The notes under the pieces were generated by a model, which saw nothing but the letters and a program-made list of their open reading frames with translations, was not told the origin of the DNA and ran no database searches. The position numbers and the translations under genes were made by a program. Source: an uncultured Clostridium sp. (GTDB taxonomy: Bacteria; Bacillota; Clostridia; TANB77; CAG-508). From it: a DNA stretch of 64,000 nucleotides. The stretch covers positions 16,339 through 80,338 of the forward strand of contig USEX01000002.1 of the NCBI GenBank assembly GCA_900553755.1. Direction: 5' to 3'. Below, piece after piece: positions 8,801-17,374 of this stretch. How positions within the stretch are numbered: the first letter of the stretch is position 1; each line of letters opens with the position of its first letter.

Positions 8801-9966
8801 TATTGATTTTGACCTGAATAATCTTTATCACCTATTACAAAAGTGAAATTTGTTTTACACTTTACTTTTGCAAATGTTGCTTTTACTTTTATTGCAGATG
8901 TATCTGCAATATCATCTTTATTTACTATAACATAAAATGTTTTTCCACTCTTTGGATAATTACATGTAGTAAATTTGTTTGATTTCTTTTCATATTCTAC
9001 CATATCTTCTTTAGAATTTGGGAAATATTGAACTGATTTTATGAAATCATTTCCCATTAATAAAGATATTTTATCTTTACTTACAATTGTTTTATTTGTA
9101 TCATTTTTATCTATTAATGATATACCTGATACACCATTAAATCTAAGCTTATAATTATTCACTGTATATTCTGGTTGTTCATATTGTAATTGGAATGGTC
9201 CTATTTTATATTGTGTATTTGAATAATCTTCTACCTTAATAGTTGATTCTACATTTTTAATTGTACCAGTTCCATATCTATTATAGTCGCCACTCATTAC
9301 AAATTGATTGTAAGTTTCTGCTTCTTTTTGCAATTGCTTAGCATCACGATATACAGTTGTTATATCATTTGAATACCAACCTAATGATTCCCATAATGCT
9401 GCTTGTTTCGTTAATGACCATGTTTCGCTATCTTTCATATCTTTTATAGTACTTGAAAGTATATATGATATTTCTTTAGGTTTTATATAGTTTTGTTTAT
9501 TTTCACTATAGTTATAGTTTGCAACTACTTCTCCATCACCAGAAAGTCTCTTTATTCTCCAAGGACCTATCTTTTCATCATCATTTTCAGTAAATATGTA
9601 GTTTACTTTTCTTTCTTGTTTTGTTCCTTTTAAATAAACAGAACTTGTATAATGTGTTCCACTATATTTTCCTTTGTAAGCGCAATACCATGATGCATCT
9701 CCTATATCGTTTGATATTGGAATTCCCGAATCTCCTTTTCTTATGCTCCAATTACCAGTATTACAGTCTTTTACGTAACTATCTTTCTTCGTTAATCTTA
9801 CATTATAATTACCTTTGCTATCTGATTTTATATTTAATTTTCCTGCTTCCCATGCTTCAGTTTTTATATTGTCTGCCAAAATGAGATTTTGGTTATATAT
9901 TATTGCAATTATTGCTGTTAATACTATTAATATAATAAAACTTACAAGGTTTTTTAACTTCTTCAT
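5812..9966 (-). CDS. Giant surface protein with SdrD-B/Cna-B-like and DUF11-like repeats (third gene of the adhesin cluster)
   Basis: 1384 aa, with a 16-nt gap and RBS GGGGAGGGAG after the upstream gene. N-terminal signal/anchor MKKLKNLVSFIILIVLTAIIAII. Two SdrD-B-like segments (GYVWEDVKSGKETSLNG..., GNIWIENRNNTVNG...GNYYLKFIY). C-terminus is LPPFGE, a hydrophobic span, then KKKVINKK. Confidence 0.85.
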   Translation of the reverse strand: MKKLKNLVSFIILIVLTAIIAIIYNQNLILADNIKTEAWEAGKLNIKSDSKGNYNVRLTKKDSYVKDCNTGNWSIRKGDSGIPISNDIGDASWYCAYKGKYSGTHYTSSVYLKGTKQERKVNYIFTENDDEKIGPWRIKRLSGDGEVVANYNYSENKQNYIKPKEISYILSSTIKDMKDSETWSLTKQAALWESLGWYSNDITTVYRDAKQLQKEAETYNQFVMSGDYNRYGTGTIKNVESTIKVEDYSNTQYKIGPFQLQYEQPEYTVNNYKLRFNGVSGISLIDKNDTNKTIVSKDKISLLMGNDFIKSVQYFPNSKEDMVEYEKKSNKFTTCNYPKSGKTFYVIVNKDDIADTSAIKVKATFAKVKCKTNFTFVIGDKDYSGQNQYQSGLIGKGERELIESPAYTDGIELTKFIKLSGYVWEDVKSGKETSLNGTKDGTNEAFLNGIKVVLHTSDGKTIEYVKNTESGSPIKYGQATKSTTTNSNGYYEFIVEQRNSGGYYVEFIYNGQDYQHTKYTQWTTTSSNAKKTSNATETESARDNLNKGLAEIGPNTGVSYSINTEKPSYISKYAISAYTGGYGNTKNIKTYNTTSSDINLGITKREVADLALRKDVYKAILNIKGYSQEYLYNKRDGLETDSKGNSYWDISLRKSDTNYYATSYTREVKKADYNYKGTNNLEARVVYKITIRNQSEGIAANVTELVDYFDDDYTYESAYIGDRNGKVITNLTSSSTSKYTHTTRISGYNKLYLKGLENSRIQPSGDLYVYVTFKVNTDSNGIKLDNSGTGKGNIAEIMGYKTYYANNISSPNAGSRITYTEYKAGDVAGRVDVDSNPGNVSSTDTKNFEDDTDRAPYIKFVLANEERRTTGNIWIENRNNTVNGADIGNGSYDNGEAGLSGVKVELWDADTNQKAKMWTNSGWQDAQVTSGNNGDYTLSGFVPGNYYLKFIYADGQTYKSTIYNPSATFDVNNPDELGRYVETTQKYSDARDIYNGKLTNNGKTLETLSTQYRQYVNNLLTEETNGKLKEYETQDKSMQAVTGLIGINIEKNPNDRNSDQRTYRMDGIDFGVVERPKTQLTLSQEVANVKVTLANGNTLFDASGKATNVLWQAKKYHQVSYDGNKLKTPVVSQNPQRIVLTMDEELMQGATINVKYALKVTNVGEIDYTGYNFYYKGNVANGSLVRTTIKGVVNYIGAALSDDAKATKNNLRFDASNSENNGWEQVNFDYLYKGEANPLVSEDLLTQSNGTYTGAVSEYSTILQNKMGETALTPQMASTGTHEANATLTLSQVMSAQNAADDLSYNTLAEIIKVSNDVGRRMAFSTVGNQNPNAKTAEIDADSTTVTVLPPFGETYIYYVLGLGLAAIIGLGVVLIKKKVINKK

Positions 9967-9982
9967 ATTTCTCCCTCCCCTC

Positions 9983-12900
9983 TTACATTTCTTTCTTTAG
10001 TACTTTAGTATTTATCTCATATATACCTATTCCAATTATTGCTATAACCGCAACTACTATTGCAATATTCATAATTATTTGACCTGTCTTTACAGATAAT
10101 ACTATGTTTGCAGTAGATAAGTCATTTTCTTCACGATTTTGATTTGCTGGAGTAGAGTTTACATCTGCCAATCCCAAATCATTATATGCTTCATAGATTT
10201 CAGCATCATTGCTTATTACTTTACCCATTGCATCACTGTTTAGTTTTTTAGTTAGTGTTAAAGTAATTTCTTTACTTTCACCTGGCTTTATTTCTTGATT
10301 TGCTAAGCTATTGTTGTAAATATTTCCATTTGTAGATTGATACCAATCTTTATTTATTTCTGAACTAAATTTCAAGTCTTCTGGTAAGTAGTCAACTACT
10401 TTTCTTGCATATCCTGAAACATCGCCATTATTTGTTACAATTATTTTGTATTCTATAACTATTGAAGTATTATCTATATCTTTAGCTGGAACTTCTATTT
10501 TTGCTATTTTCTTATTTTCATAATCATATGATTGAGCTGTTTTAGATGATGTTGATACAGTTATTTTGCTTACATATTTTTCTAAGCTTAAATCGAATGT
10601 TTGTGGATTACATAATCCTATATCAATATCTCTAATATTGCTATCTGTTACTATTATTGTATCTGTTATAGCAGCTTTTCTATTTTCTCCATCATACACT
10701 ATATCTGTGCTTACAACATCTGAGTTTACAGAGTTTGCAACTCCATTTTTTCTATAATCTGTTAATATATATTTTTCTGAATCATATAGGAATACTACTA
10801 TATATGTTCCTTGTTCTACATTGTTGAAACTATATTTTCCTTGTTCATCTGTAACAGTTATTTTTTCTTGATTAGTATTTTTATCTACTACAACAGTTCC
10901 ATCTAATTTGTTCATTAATATAACTTGAACATCTTTTAAAAGTGGTTCATCATCTGATCTCTTTCCATCCTTATTGTTATCTAACCAAGCAACACCTGTA
11001 ATTTTATATTTTCCATCCTCTGTTGGGTTGTCAGGATTGTCAGGGTTATTTGGATTATCTGGATCTGTTGAACTTCCATTATGTTCAGAGTTCACATATT
11101 CAATGTAGTTTACTATTGGTGTAGATTTTATTTCTTTATCATTATAATTTACTGTAATATAATTAGAAATTTCTTTTTCATCATCTGCTTTAGATTTTAG
11201 ATGAGGAATTGCAGTTATTTCTATTGTTATTGTAGTTCCAGGTCTTACTGAATCAATTGTCATATTTATAGTATTATCATTACTAGATATTGAAGATGTT
11301 GGTGTATCTTCTTCACTTGTTTGAATAATGATTTTTGTACCAATATACTCTAATTCTTCTGGCAATGTATCTGTTACATTTACTCTTCCTATGTTTCCAA
11401 TTCCATCTGATTTCAATACATATGTATACGTAAATTCTTTTCCTTCTTTTATATATTTAGAATCTTGGTCTATAGATGTAACTGTTAGGTTTGGTTCAGA
11501 AATTTTTAACTTTCTTTCATTTGAATAATGTGTATCTACTCCATCTGCTCTTGCAGATACTCTTGTTGAAATTTCTCCTGTAACATTTTCATTTAATGTA
11601 TATATTAGGTCTCTATACTCAAATTCTCCTACTGCTATATTACCTAAATTTAATATTATTTTATTATTCTCTATTGTATAATTATCTGAGTAGACTGTTA
11701 TTCCATCTTTTTGAGTATTTTCTGGTAATGATACTTCTATTACAACATTTTTTAATTCTTGTTTTGATATATTTTTTGCTGATACACTATATTTTACTTT
11801 TGTGCCTTTTTTAATTACATCTGGCATTTCTACCGTATTATTTAATACACGAATATCTCCTGTTTTTACTGTTAAATCAATCTTATTTGATTCTAATTGT
11901 GTTAATGTATCTGCTGTTATTGTTGCTATATTTGAAACAGTTTCTTCTGTTACGCTATCAGATGATAATTTTACTTGTACATAGTAAGTATTGTTTACTG
12001 TAGTGCCTGCTTTTAAATCTCCTATTGTAAATGTTATTGATTTACGTTCATTTGTGTAATCTTGATATGTAGGGTTGTAATCAACTATTTCTAATCCGCC
12101 TGGTGCTGTTACTGTAGCTTGTACATTTTTTGCATCTACTGTTCCTGCATTTTTTACATTTAAATCAAATCTTATATATTGGTATTCTCTTACTGTTGAA
12201 CCATTTTCTACATCTGCAGTTAATGTTCCTTCAATAACTGGACCTGTTCCTGTTGTTAATGTTATTTGTGTTGATTGTTTTTCTTCTGCCATTGTTCCTA
12301 CTGAAGATTCGTTATTGTAATTTACTTTGTAAGATAATTTATTTTGCTTATTATATGTTAAGTTTGCTGGTATTTTTGCAGAAGTTGTAAATTCTACTTG
12401 TGTTCCTTCTTCCATTTTATCTAATACTATTAGGTATGATTTAACACTGCTATAGTCTTGGATTGATTCTGTCCATCCGTTTGTTGTATCTGTTAAATCA
12501 TTTGTTGCGTTTATTTTTGTTGAATAATATACTTTGGCATTTTCATTTGATACTGTTATAGCTGAGTTTAATTTTATATCAAATGTTTCGTCTTTTGCTG
12601 TAGCTGGCATTCTACCTAATACTTTCATTCCAGAAATATTGTTGCTATAGTTATTTATTATTGTACCTTTATATGTAATATTCTTTTCTGCTGAATAAAT
12701 ATCTATTTTTGCAGTTTGCTCTTTTTCTTCTATTGTAGTTATTGTTTCGCTTCCTGAATATCCTGTTAAGCTGCTTACTGTTACTATTCCTGCAGGAGCT
12801 ACGAAACTAACTGGAATATCTTGTGGTTTTGTATTTGTTCCTTCTATTAACTCTTGTAAAGTATTTTCGTTTTTGTTTTCAACTCTTATTACATCATCTC

Positions 12901-14905
12901 TTGATGTGATAAGTTTGCTTGTAGTCATATCTGCATTGAATATTATTGTTGTGCCTTTTGTTACAGAGTCATTATATTTTGTTTGTGTGCCATTTAATTT
13001 TATCTCTGCTACTTTAGAACCATTCTCTTCTATAATTCTTGAGCTTGCTATTTTTAATTCTTCTGATTGAATTAGGTTATATTGAGCATTTGATACTTCT
13101 TCTATGCAATCTGGTAATGTTATTTTTATTGTTGGGTTTGAATATAAAATATCATCTGCTGAATCTGTTTCTAATGTTGCTCTTATTTCTACATTTGAAT
13201 TTGGTACTATTGTTGATAATGTTTTATTATCCATTGCTACATTTATTTTTGCAGTAGGTTCTACTAATTTTGCAGTTCCATCTACTTTATCTGCTTCTAA
13301 AGTTGTTTGACCGTTTATTGCTTTCATTGAAACATTTGTTGACAATTCATTGAAGCTTTTTATTTGGCTATTTGTATATGATGTATCTTCCTTTATTGCT
13401 TTTTCTACTTCTATTTTCAAGTATCCTTCATCTAATGGTTTGCTTGTTTTTAATGTCATCTTATTTATATCTAGTTTTGATAAATCGTAAGTAATTGTTT
13501 CTTTTCCATTTTGTTGTAATGTTCCTACTTTTGTATCATCAGAATATATTTCTATGTATCCTGCATCTCCTAACATTGCTTTCATCTGGTTCGCATTTAC
13601 TTTTATTGTTTTATTATATGTATTGCTATCTGTTGATATATTTGTTGAATTAGTAAAAAGTTTATCAGCATCTTGTATTACATCTAATTCTTTTACTAAT
13701 TCTGCATCTGTTACATATAAATTGTATTCTTCTGTGTAAGTTGTTTCGATTGTTTTATTATATATGTAACCTTTGTTTATAGAACCTTCAACTATACTTG
13801 CTTCTATTCCATATATGTTACCTATTTGATTTTTTAATCCTACAGTTGCATTTTTTGTTAATGAGCAGCTTTGTTCTGCATTATTACTGTATACTGAATG
13901 TTGTACCTTTGAAGAGATTGTTACATCTGATTCTTGATCTCTTACTGAATCATATACATCTGCAGAATATGTGCTTATTATTTTATATTCGTCTTTAGCA
14001 TCTTTTTTCCATTGGATCATTCCATTTTTTTCTTTATTATTTACTTCTATAGTTATTTTTCCAGTTTTAGAATCATATTGCCAATTATCTGAATAAAAGT
14101 TTTCTCCATTTGCATCGCCATTTGTTGCTACTGTCTGTTTTGCTACAACAATAGTTTTCTCTGGTAATGCGTCTCCTAGTTTTGGTACACTATATTCTAT
14201 ATGTGTTGATTTTATAGGTAATGCTGAATCTTTTACATTAGTTTTTACCGTGGTTTCTACTAGTATTCCTTTTGTGCTCTCTATATTATATGGAACATAT
14301 TTTGTAATTTCCATATCTAATGTACTTTCCACATTTTGTTCCCATTCTGTGTGCAATCTGTTTGTTTTCGTTACTTGCTTTTCTTCTGCATTTGCATCTA
14401 CATATGTTCCTGATACAAATATTGCATTATCTCTTTTAAATGTCGTTGCAACAACTTCATCATCTTTAACAGGTGCTATTGATAATTCTACTGTGCAAGC
14501 TTTACCAGCAACTATTTTGCCCAACACAACTTGATTTGACTCTTCATCAATTTTTTGTACTCCGGCTTGTGTAGCATCTCCTGATATTTTAAAATTAGCA
14601 TCTCTAAAATCCACTGTCATATTCTCTAAATATCCAGTGTTTTTAACATTTACTTTTAACTTAATTTTAGTATCTGTAGAACCTAGATTTATTGTTTTTT
14701 TGTGTGTTCCGTCCTCATATGAAATATCTACTTCTACATTTTTATTACTTGTTGCAAGGTCTTGATTTTCTAATTCTTCTTCAGTTGGCCAGCTTTGCAT
14801 AGCCATACTTACTACAGTTCCAACTGTTGAATACAAAATCATAAATACAAGTAAAATTGCTATTATTTTGTTTGTTTTGTTTAGCATAGGTATACCTCTT
14901 TCCAC
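9983..14905 (-). CDS. Giant surface protein with multiple DUF11/CARDB-like repeats and one SdrD-B-like domain
   Basis: 1640 aa with RBS AAAGAGG and a signal peptide. Repeats such as NAGTVDAKNVQATVTAPGGLEIVDY, VNVTDTLPEELEYIG and VVDYLPEDLKF. SdrD-B-like segment GVAWLDNNKDGKRSDDEPLLKDVQVIL. PDNPNNPDNPDNP linker. C-terminus is SVKTGQ, a hydrophobic span, then a charged tail. Confidence 0.85.
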   Translation of the reverse strand: MERGIPMLNKTNKIIAILLVFMILYSTVGTVVSMAMQSWPTEEELENQDLATSNKNVEVDISYEDGTHKKTINLGSTDTKIKLKVNVKNTGYLENMTVDFRDANFKISGDATQAGVQKIDEESNQVVLGKIVAGKACTVELSIAPVKDDEVVATTFKRDNAIFVSGTYVDANAEEKQVTKTNRLHTEWEQNVESTLDMEITKYVPYNIESTKGILVETTVKTNVKDSALPIKSTHIEYSVPKLGDALPEKTIVVAKQTVATNGDANGENFYSDNWQYDSKTGKITIEVNNKEKNGMIQWKKDAKDEYKIISTYSADVYDSVRDQESDVTISSKVQHSVYSNNAEQSCSLTKNATVGLKNQIGNIYGIEASIVEGSINKGYIYNKTIETTYTEEYNLYVTDAELVKELDVIQDADKLFTNSTNISTDSNTYNKTIKVNANQMKAMLGDAGYIEIYSDDTKVGTLQQNGKETITYDLSKLDINKMTLKTSKPLDEGYLKIEVEKAIKEDTSYTNSQIKSFNELSTNVSMKAINGQTTLEADKVDGTAKLVEPTAKINVAMDNKTLSTIVPNSNVEIRATLETDSADDILYSNPTIKITLPDCIEEVSNAQYNLIQSEELKIASSRIIEENGSKVAEIKLNGTQTKYNDSVTKGTTIIFNADMTTSKLITSRDDVIRVENKNENTLQELIEGTNTKPQDIPVSFVAPAGIVTVSSLTGYSGSETITTIEEKEQTAKIDIYSAEKNITYKGTIINNYSNNISGMKVLGRMPATAKDETFDIKLNSAITVSNENAKVYYSTKINATNDLTDTTNGWTESIQDYSSVKSYLIVLDKMEEGTQVEFTTSAKIPANLTYNKQNKLSYKVNYNNESSVGTMAEEKQSTQITLTTGTGPVIEGTLTADVENGSTVREYQYIRFDLNVKNAGTVDAKNVQATVTAPGGLEIVDYNPTYQDYTNERKSITFTIGDLKAGTTVNNTYYVQVKLSSDSVTEETVSNIATITADTLTQLESNKIDLTVKTGDIRVLNNTVEMPDVIKKGTKVKYSVSAKNISKQELKNVVIEVSLPENTQKDGITVYSDNYTIENNKIILNLGNIAVGEFEYRDLIYTLNENVTGEISTRVSARADGVDTHYSNERKLKISEPNLTVTSIDQDSKYIKEGKEFTYTYVLKSDGIGNIGRVNVTDTLPEELEYIGTKIIIQTSEEDTPTSSISSNDNTINMTIDSVRPGTTITIEITAIPHLKSKADDEKEISNYITVNYNDKEIKSTPIVNYIEYVNSEHNGSSTDPDNPNNPDNPDNPTEDGKYKITGVAWLDNNKDGKRSDDEPLLKDVQVILMNKLDGTVVVDKNTNQEKITVTDEQGKYSFNNVEQGTYIVVFLYDSEKYILTDYRKNGVANSVNSDVVSTDIVYDGENRKAAITDTIIVTDSNIRDIDIGLCNPQTFDLSLEKYVSKITVSTSSKTAQSYDYENKKIAKIEVPAKDIDNTSIVIEYKIIVTNNGDVSGYARKVVDYLPEDLKFSSEINKDWYQSTNGNIYNNSLANQEIKPGESKEITLTLTKKLNSDAMGKVISNDAEIYEAYNDLGLADVNSTPANQNREENDLSTANIVLSVKTGQIIMNIAIVVAVIAIIGIGIYEINTKVLKKEM

Positions 14906-15056
14906 ATATATTTAATTAAATATTAACATTTTTTTACTTCTTTTTCAATGTAAATTTCTTACATGATATTGCTTTACCCGCTATATGTATTACGGATATA
15001 ATCTTTTATAGTTTTTTATTAAATTTAAATTACAATTTCTTGCTTTTATTAGGCGA

Positions 15057-15089
15057 AATATGAGTGTTCCCTACGGAATCACTCATATT
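15057..15089 (-). promoter_or_regulatory. Long imperfect stem-loop between the VWA gene and the 1640-aa gene (partial terminator or attenuator)
   Basis: AATATGAGTGTTCC-CTAC-GGAA(T)CACTCATATT: about 14 bp with one bulge, 10 nt past the stop at 15099. There is no strong U-tract. Confidence 0.45.
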
Positions 15090-15098
15090 CTCCATTTT

Positions 15099-16475
15099 TT
15101 ATCTTTTGATTTTATATATTGTTATCGCACTTACTGTTGCTAAAATTGCTATTCCAATTACTATATAATTAGCTGTATCACCAGTTTGTGGTATTACTTC
15201 TGGTGCCATGGTGTTATCTCCTTTTAATATTATTTTTGGAGATACATCAGATGTTTTTGTTTCTGTTTTGCCTTTTGTGTATGTTATGTCTACCTTTTTG
15301 TTGGTTGGCATTGTAACATTTAGTATTTTTTCATCATAGTTTTCTTTTAATTTTAGTTTGTATTTAAATGATGCTTTTTCTTTTTCTGATAGTTTTTGTA
15401 TTTTCCATGTTATGCTATTATTCTCTGTATTTACTTCACTCGTTACTTCTCCAATATTTGCTTTTTCTACTATTTCAAAATCGTAATTTGCAATTATGTC
15501 ATCTGGGAAATAATCAACCATTGCGATATCTGTTATTTCATTATTAAATGCTTCTTTTATGTCTGCATATGTTGTATTTGCAATTGTATTTGTTACATCT
15601 TTATCTGTTACATAATAGAATTTTCCATAAGTTGGATTTGTTTGTGTACCAAATATTTCTTCTGCTAATTGTTGATATGTTTTACCTGCTGCTTCTGGTG
15701 ACGTTGCACCGTTTGGATCTGGTTGTGCTTGAGAATTTACACCTGTCATTACTGTGATTATATTTATTCCTAAACTCTTGATAGAATTTAAAGTGCTTTT
15801 AGTTTTTGTTGTAACTTCTCCAGAATAAGTCATTGTTGGTCCTCCAACTGCTGTGTTTGGAACTCCATCAGTTAATAGTATCACAAACTTAACAATATCT
15901 TCTCCAGATTTAAAGCTATTCTTTGCTACTTGTAAGCCTGCATCTATATTAGTTCTTGCTCCTGTTGTTTCTATTGAATCTATAACTTGTGCTATTTCTG
16001 TAGCTGAGTTTGTTGGCTCCAATACTAATTTTGCATCTTCTATAGTTCCTTCTTTACTAGTATCAGCATTTGTTGAGAAACTTACTACACCTATTGTTGT
16101 GCTGTTTTGCTCTTTAAATATATTATTAACTAATTGCTTAGCTGCTGAAAACACTGCCGTTTTTCTGGTTTGCCCATCTTCTAATTTGTTATCTGTCATG
16201 CTTTTTGAATTATCTATAACTAAAAATATTTCTGCTGGCATTGCATTCTCATTATTTAAGTTTTCTATATCTATTTGAAGCGTTGCTTCTTTTTTATCGT
16301 TATCTACTGATATAAGCTTTTTTGTTAGCTTACCATCTTTGCCAAGTGCAATTTCACACACGTTATCTTCTGCTTTTTCTAGTGTTACATTTTCACTTGC
16401 AGCATATACTGTTGAAAATAAAAATACACTTATTATTGCTATAATACTAACTAGTACTATACTCTTTTTATTCAT
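15099..16475 (-). CDS. Von Willebrand factor A domain surface protein with sortase-type anchor
   Basis: 458 aa with signal peptide MNKKSIVLVSIIAIISVFLFSTVYA. MIDAS DxSxS motif in FLVIDNSKSMTD, followed by ...ILLTDGVPN. DUF11-like segment MVDYFPDDIIANYDFE. C-terminus is IPQTGD, a hydrophobic span, then KIKR. Confidence 0.9.
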   Translation of the reverse strand: MNKKSIVLVSIIAIISVFLFSTVYAASENVTLEKAEDNVCEIALGKDGKLTKKLISVDNDKKEATLQIDIENLNNENAMPAEIFLVIDNSKSMTDNKLEDGQTRKTAVFSAAKQLVNNIFKEQNSTTIGVVSFSTNADTSKEGTIEDAKLVLEPTNSATEIAQVIDSIETTGARTNIDAGLQVAKNSFKSGEDIVKFVILLTDGVPNTAVGGPTMTYSGEVTTKTKSTLNSIKSLGINIITVMTGVNSQAQPDPNGATSPEAAGKTYQQLAEEIFGTQTNPTYGKFYYVTDKDVTNTIANTTYADIKEAFNNEITDIAMVDYFPDDIIANYDFEIVEKANIGEVTSEVNTENNSITWKIQKLSEKEKASFKYKLKLKENYDEKILNVTMPTNKKVDITYTKGKTETKTSDVSPKIILKGDNTMAPEVIPQTGDTANYIVIGIAILATVSAITIYKIKR

Positions 16476-16572
16476 TCTTTTTCTCCTTTTCTTCTTTAAA
16501 ACTCTACTTTATATTTTAGCACACAATGCCCATTTTTTCAATATTTTTTTGACTTGTTTGCGAACATTTTTG

Positions 16573-17322
16573 CTATTTTTTATATTTCTGTGTTTTATTT
16601 TCAATTTTTTCTTTTTGTTCTTGTACTTGTTCTTTTATTTTTCTTTCTTTCTCCTTTATTTTTATTTTAACCGCTTCTAGTTTTGGATATGCATTTAATA
16701 ATCTTCTATGAAATGCAGATTTATTAGCTAATACCTCTTTTACTTTATTAGTGATTTCTTCAGTGTTATCAAGCTGAGTCCCTAAGCTCTTCTCTGTTTT
16801 CTTTACATATCTAATAACTACCCCTGATACAATATTATCAATTATAAAAATTACTAAAAGTGTTCCTGAAAGTGTATTTAGCCATATTTCTGGTAATTGT
16901 TCTATTTTGCCAAGTAGAAACGGATTAGATACATACATTATAAATATACCTAATATTCCAAAAGGAATTATTGTGTCCAAGCATACTCTTCCATTTATGT
17001 TGAATTTTTTTTGGCTGTAATCCCACCATCTTGCCTTAAATATTTTTTCCATAAAGTAGCTTGTAAGATATTCTAGAACACCGCAGATTATTATTGCCAT
17101 AAAGAATAGTATTATTGGATCATCTGTGTATTTTCTTAATAAAAATGTTATTAAAAGAGCTCCATAACCATAAATCGGGCAATACGGTCCTATCAAGAAG
17201 CCTCTATTAATAAATCTTTTGTATTGAATTAGTTTACATATTACTTCCATCAGCCATCCTGCCATGGCATAAATCATAAATAATAAAAAATATACTCTTA
17301 CATCAAATCCACATATTTGCAT
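16573..17322 (-). CDS. Polytopic membrane protein, PF06541-like (putative ABC-transporter type IV family) with K/E-rich tail
   Basis: 249 aa with multiple hydrophobic spans. The N-terminus YFLLFMIYAMAGWLMEVICKLI...RGFLIGPYCPIYGYGA resembles that family. A paralogue lies at 30394..31071. Confidence 0.7.
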   Translation of the reverse strand: MQICGFDVRVYFLLFMIYAMAGWLMEVICKLIQYKRFINRGFLIGPYCPIYGYGALLITFLLRKYTDDPIILFFMAIIICGVLEYLTSYFMEKIFKARWWDYSQKKFNINGRVCLDTIIPFGILGIFIMYVSNPFLLGKIEQLPEIWLNTLSGTLLVIFIIDNIVSGVVIRYVKKTEKSLGTQLDNTEEITNKVKEVLANKSAFHRRLLNAYPKLEAVKIKIKEKERKIKEQVQEQKEKIENKTQKYKK

Positions 17323-17374
17323 TGGTTTTCTCCTTTTATTTTTGTCACATCATAACATAATTTATTCAATATTT

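Noticed and set aside
5812-16475. Calling the three surface-protein genes a sortase-assembled pilus operon
   Set aside because: No sortase gene lies in or next to the cluster, and no YPKN pilin motif or E-box was seen. The genes are kept as an adhesin cluster with an open question.
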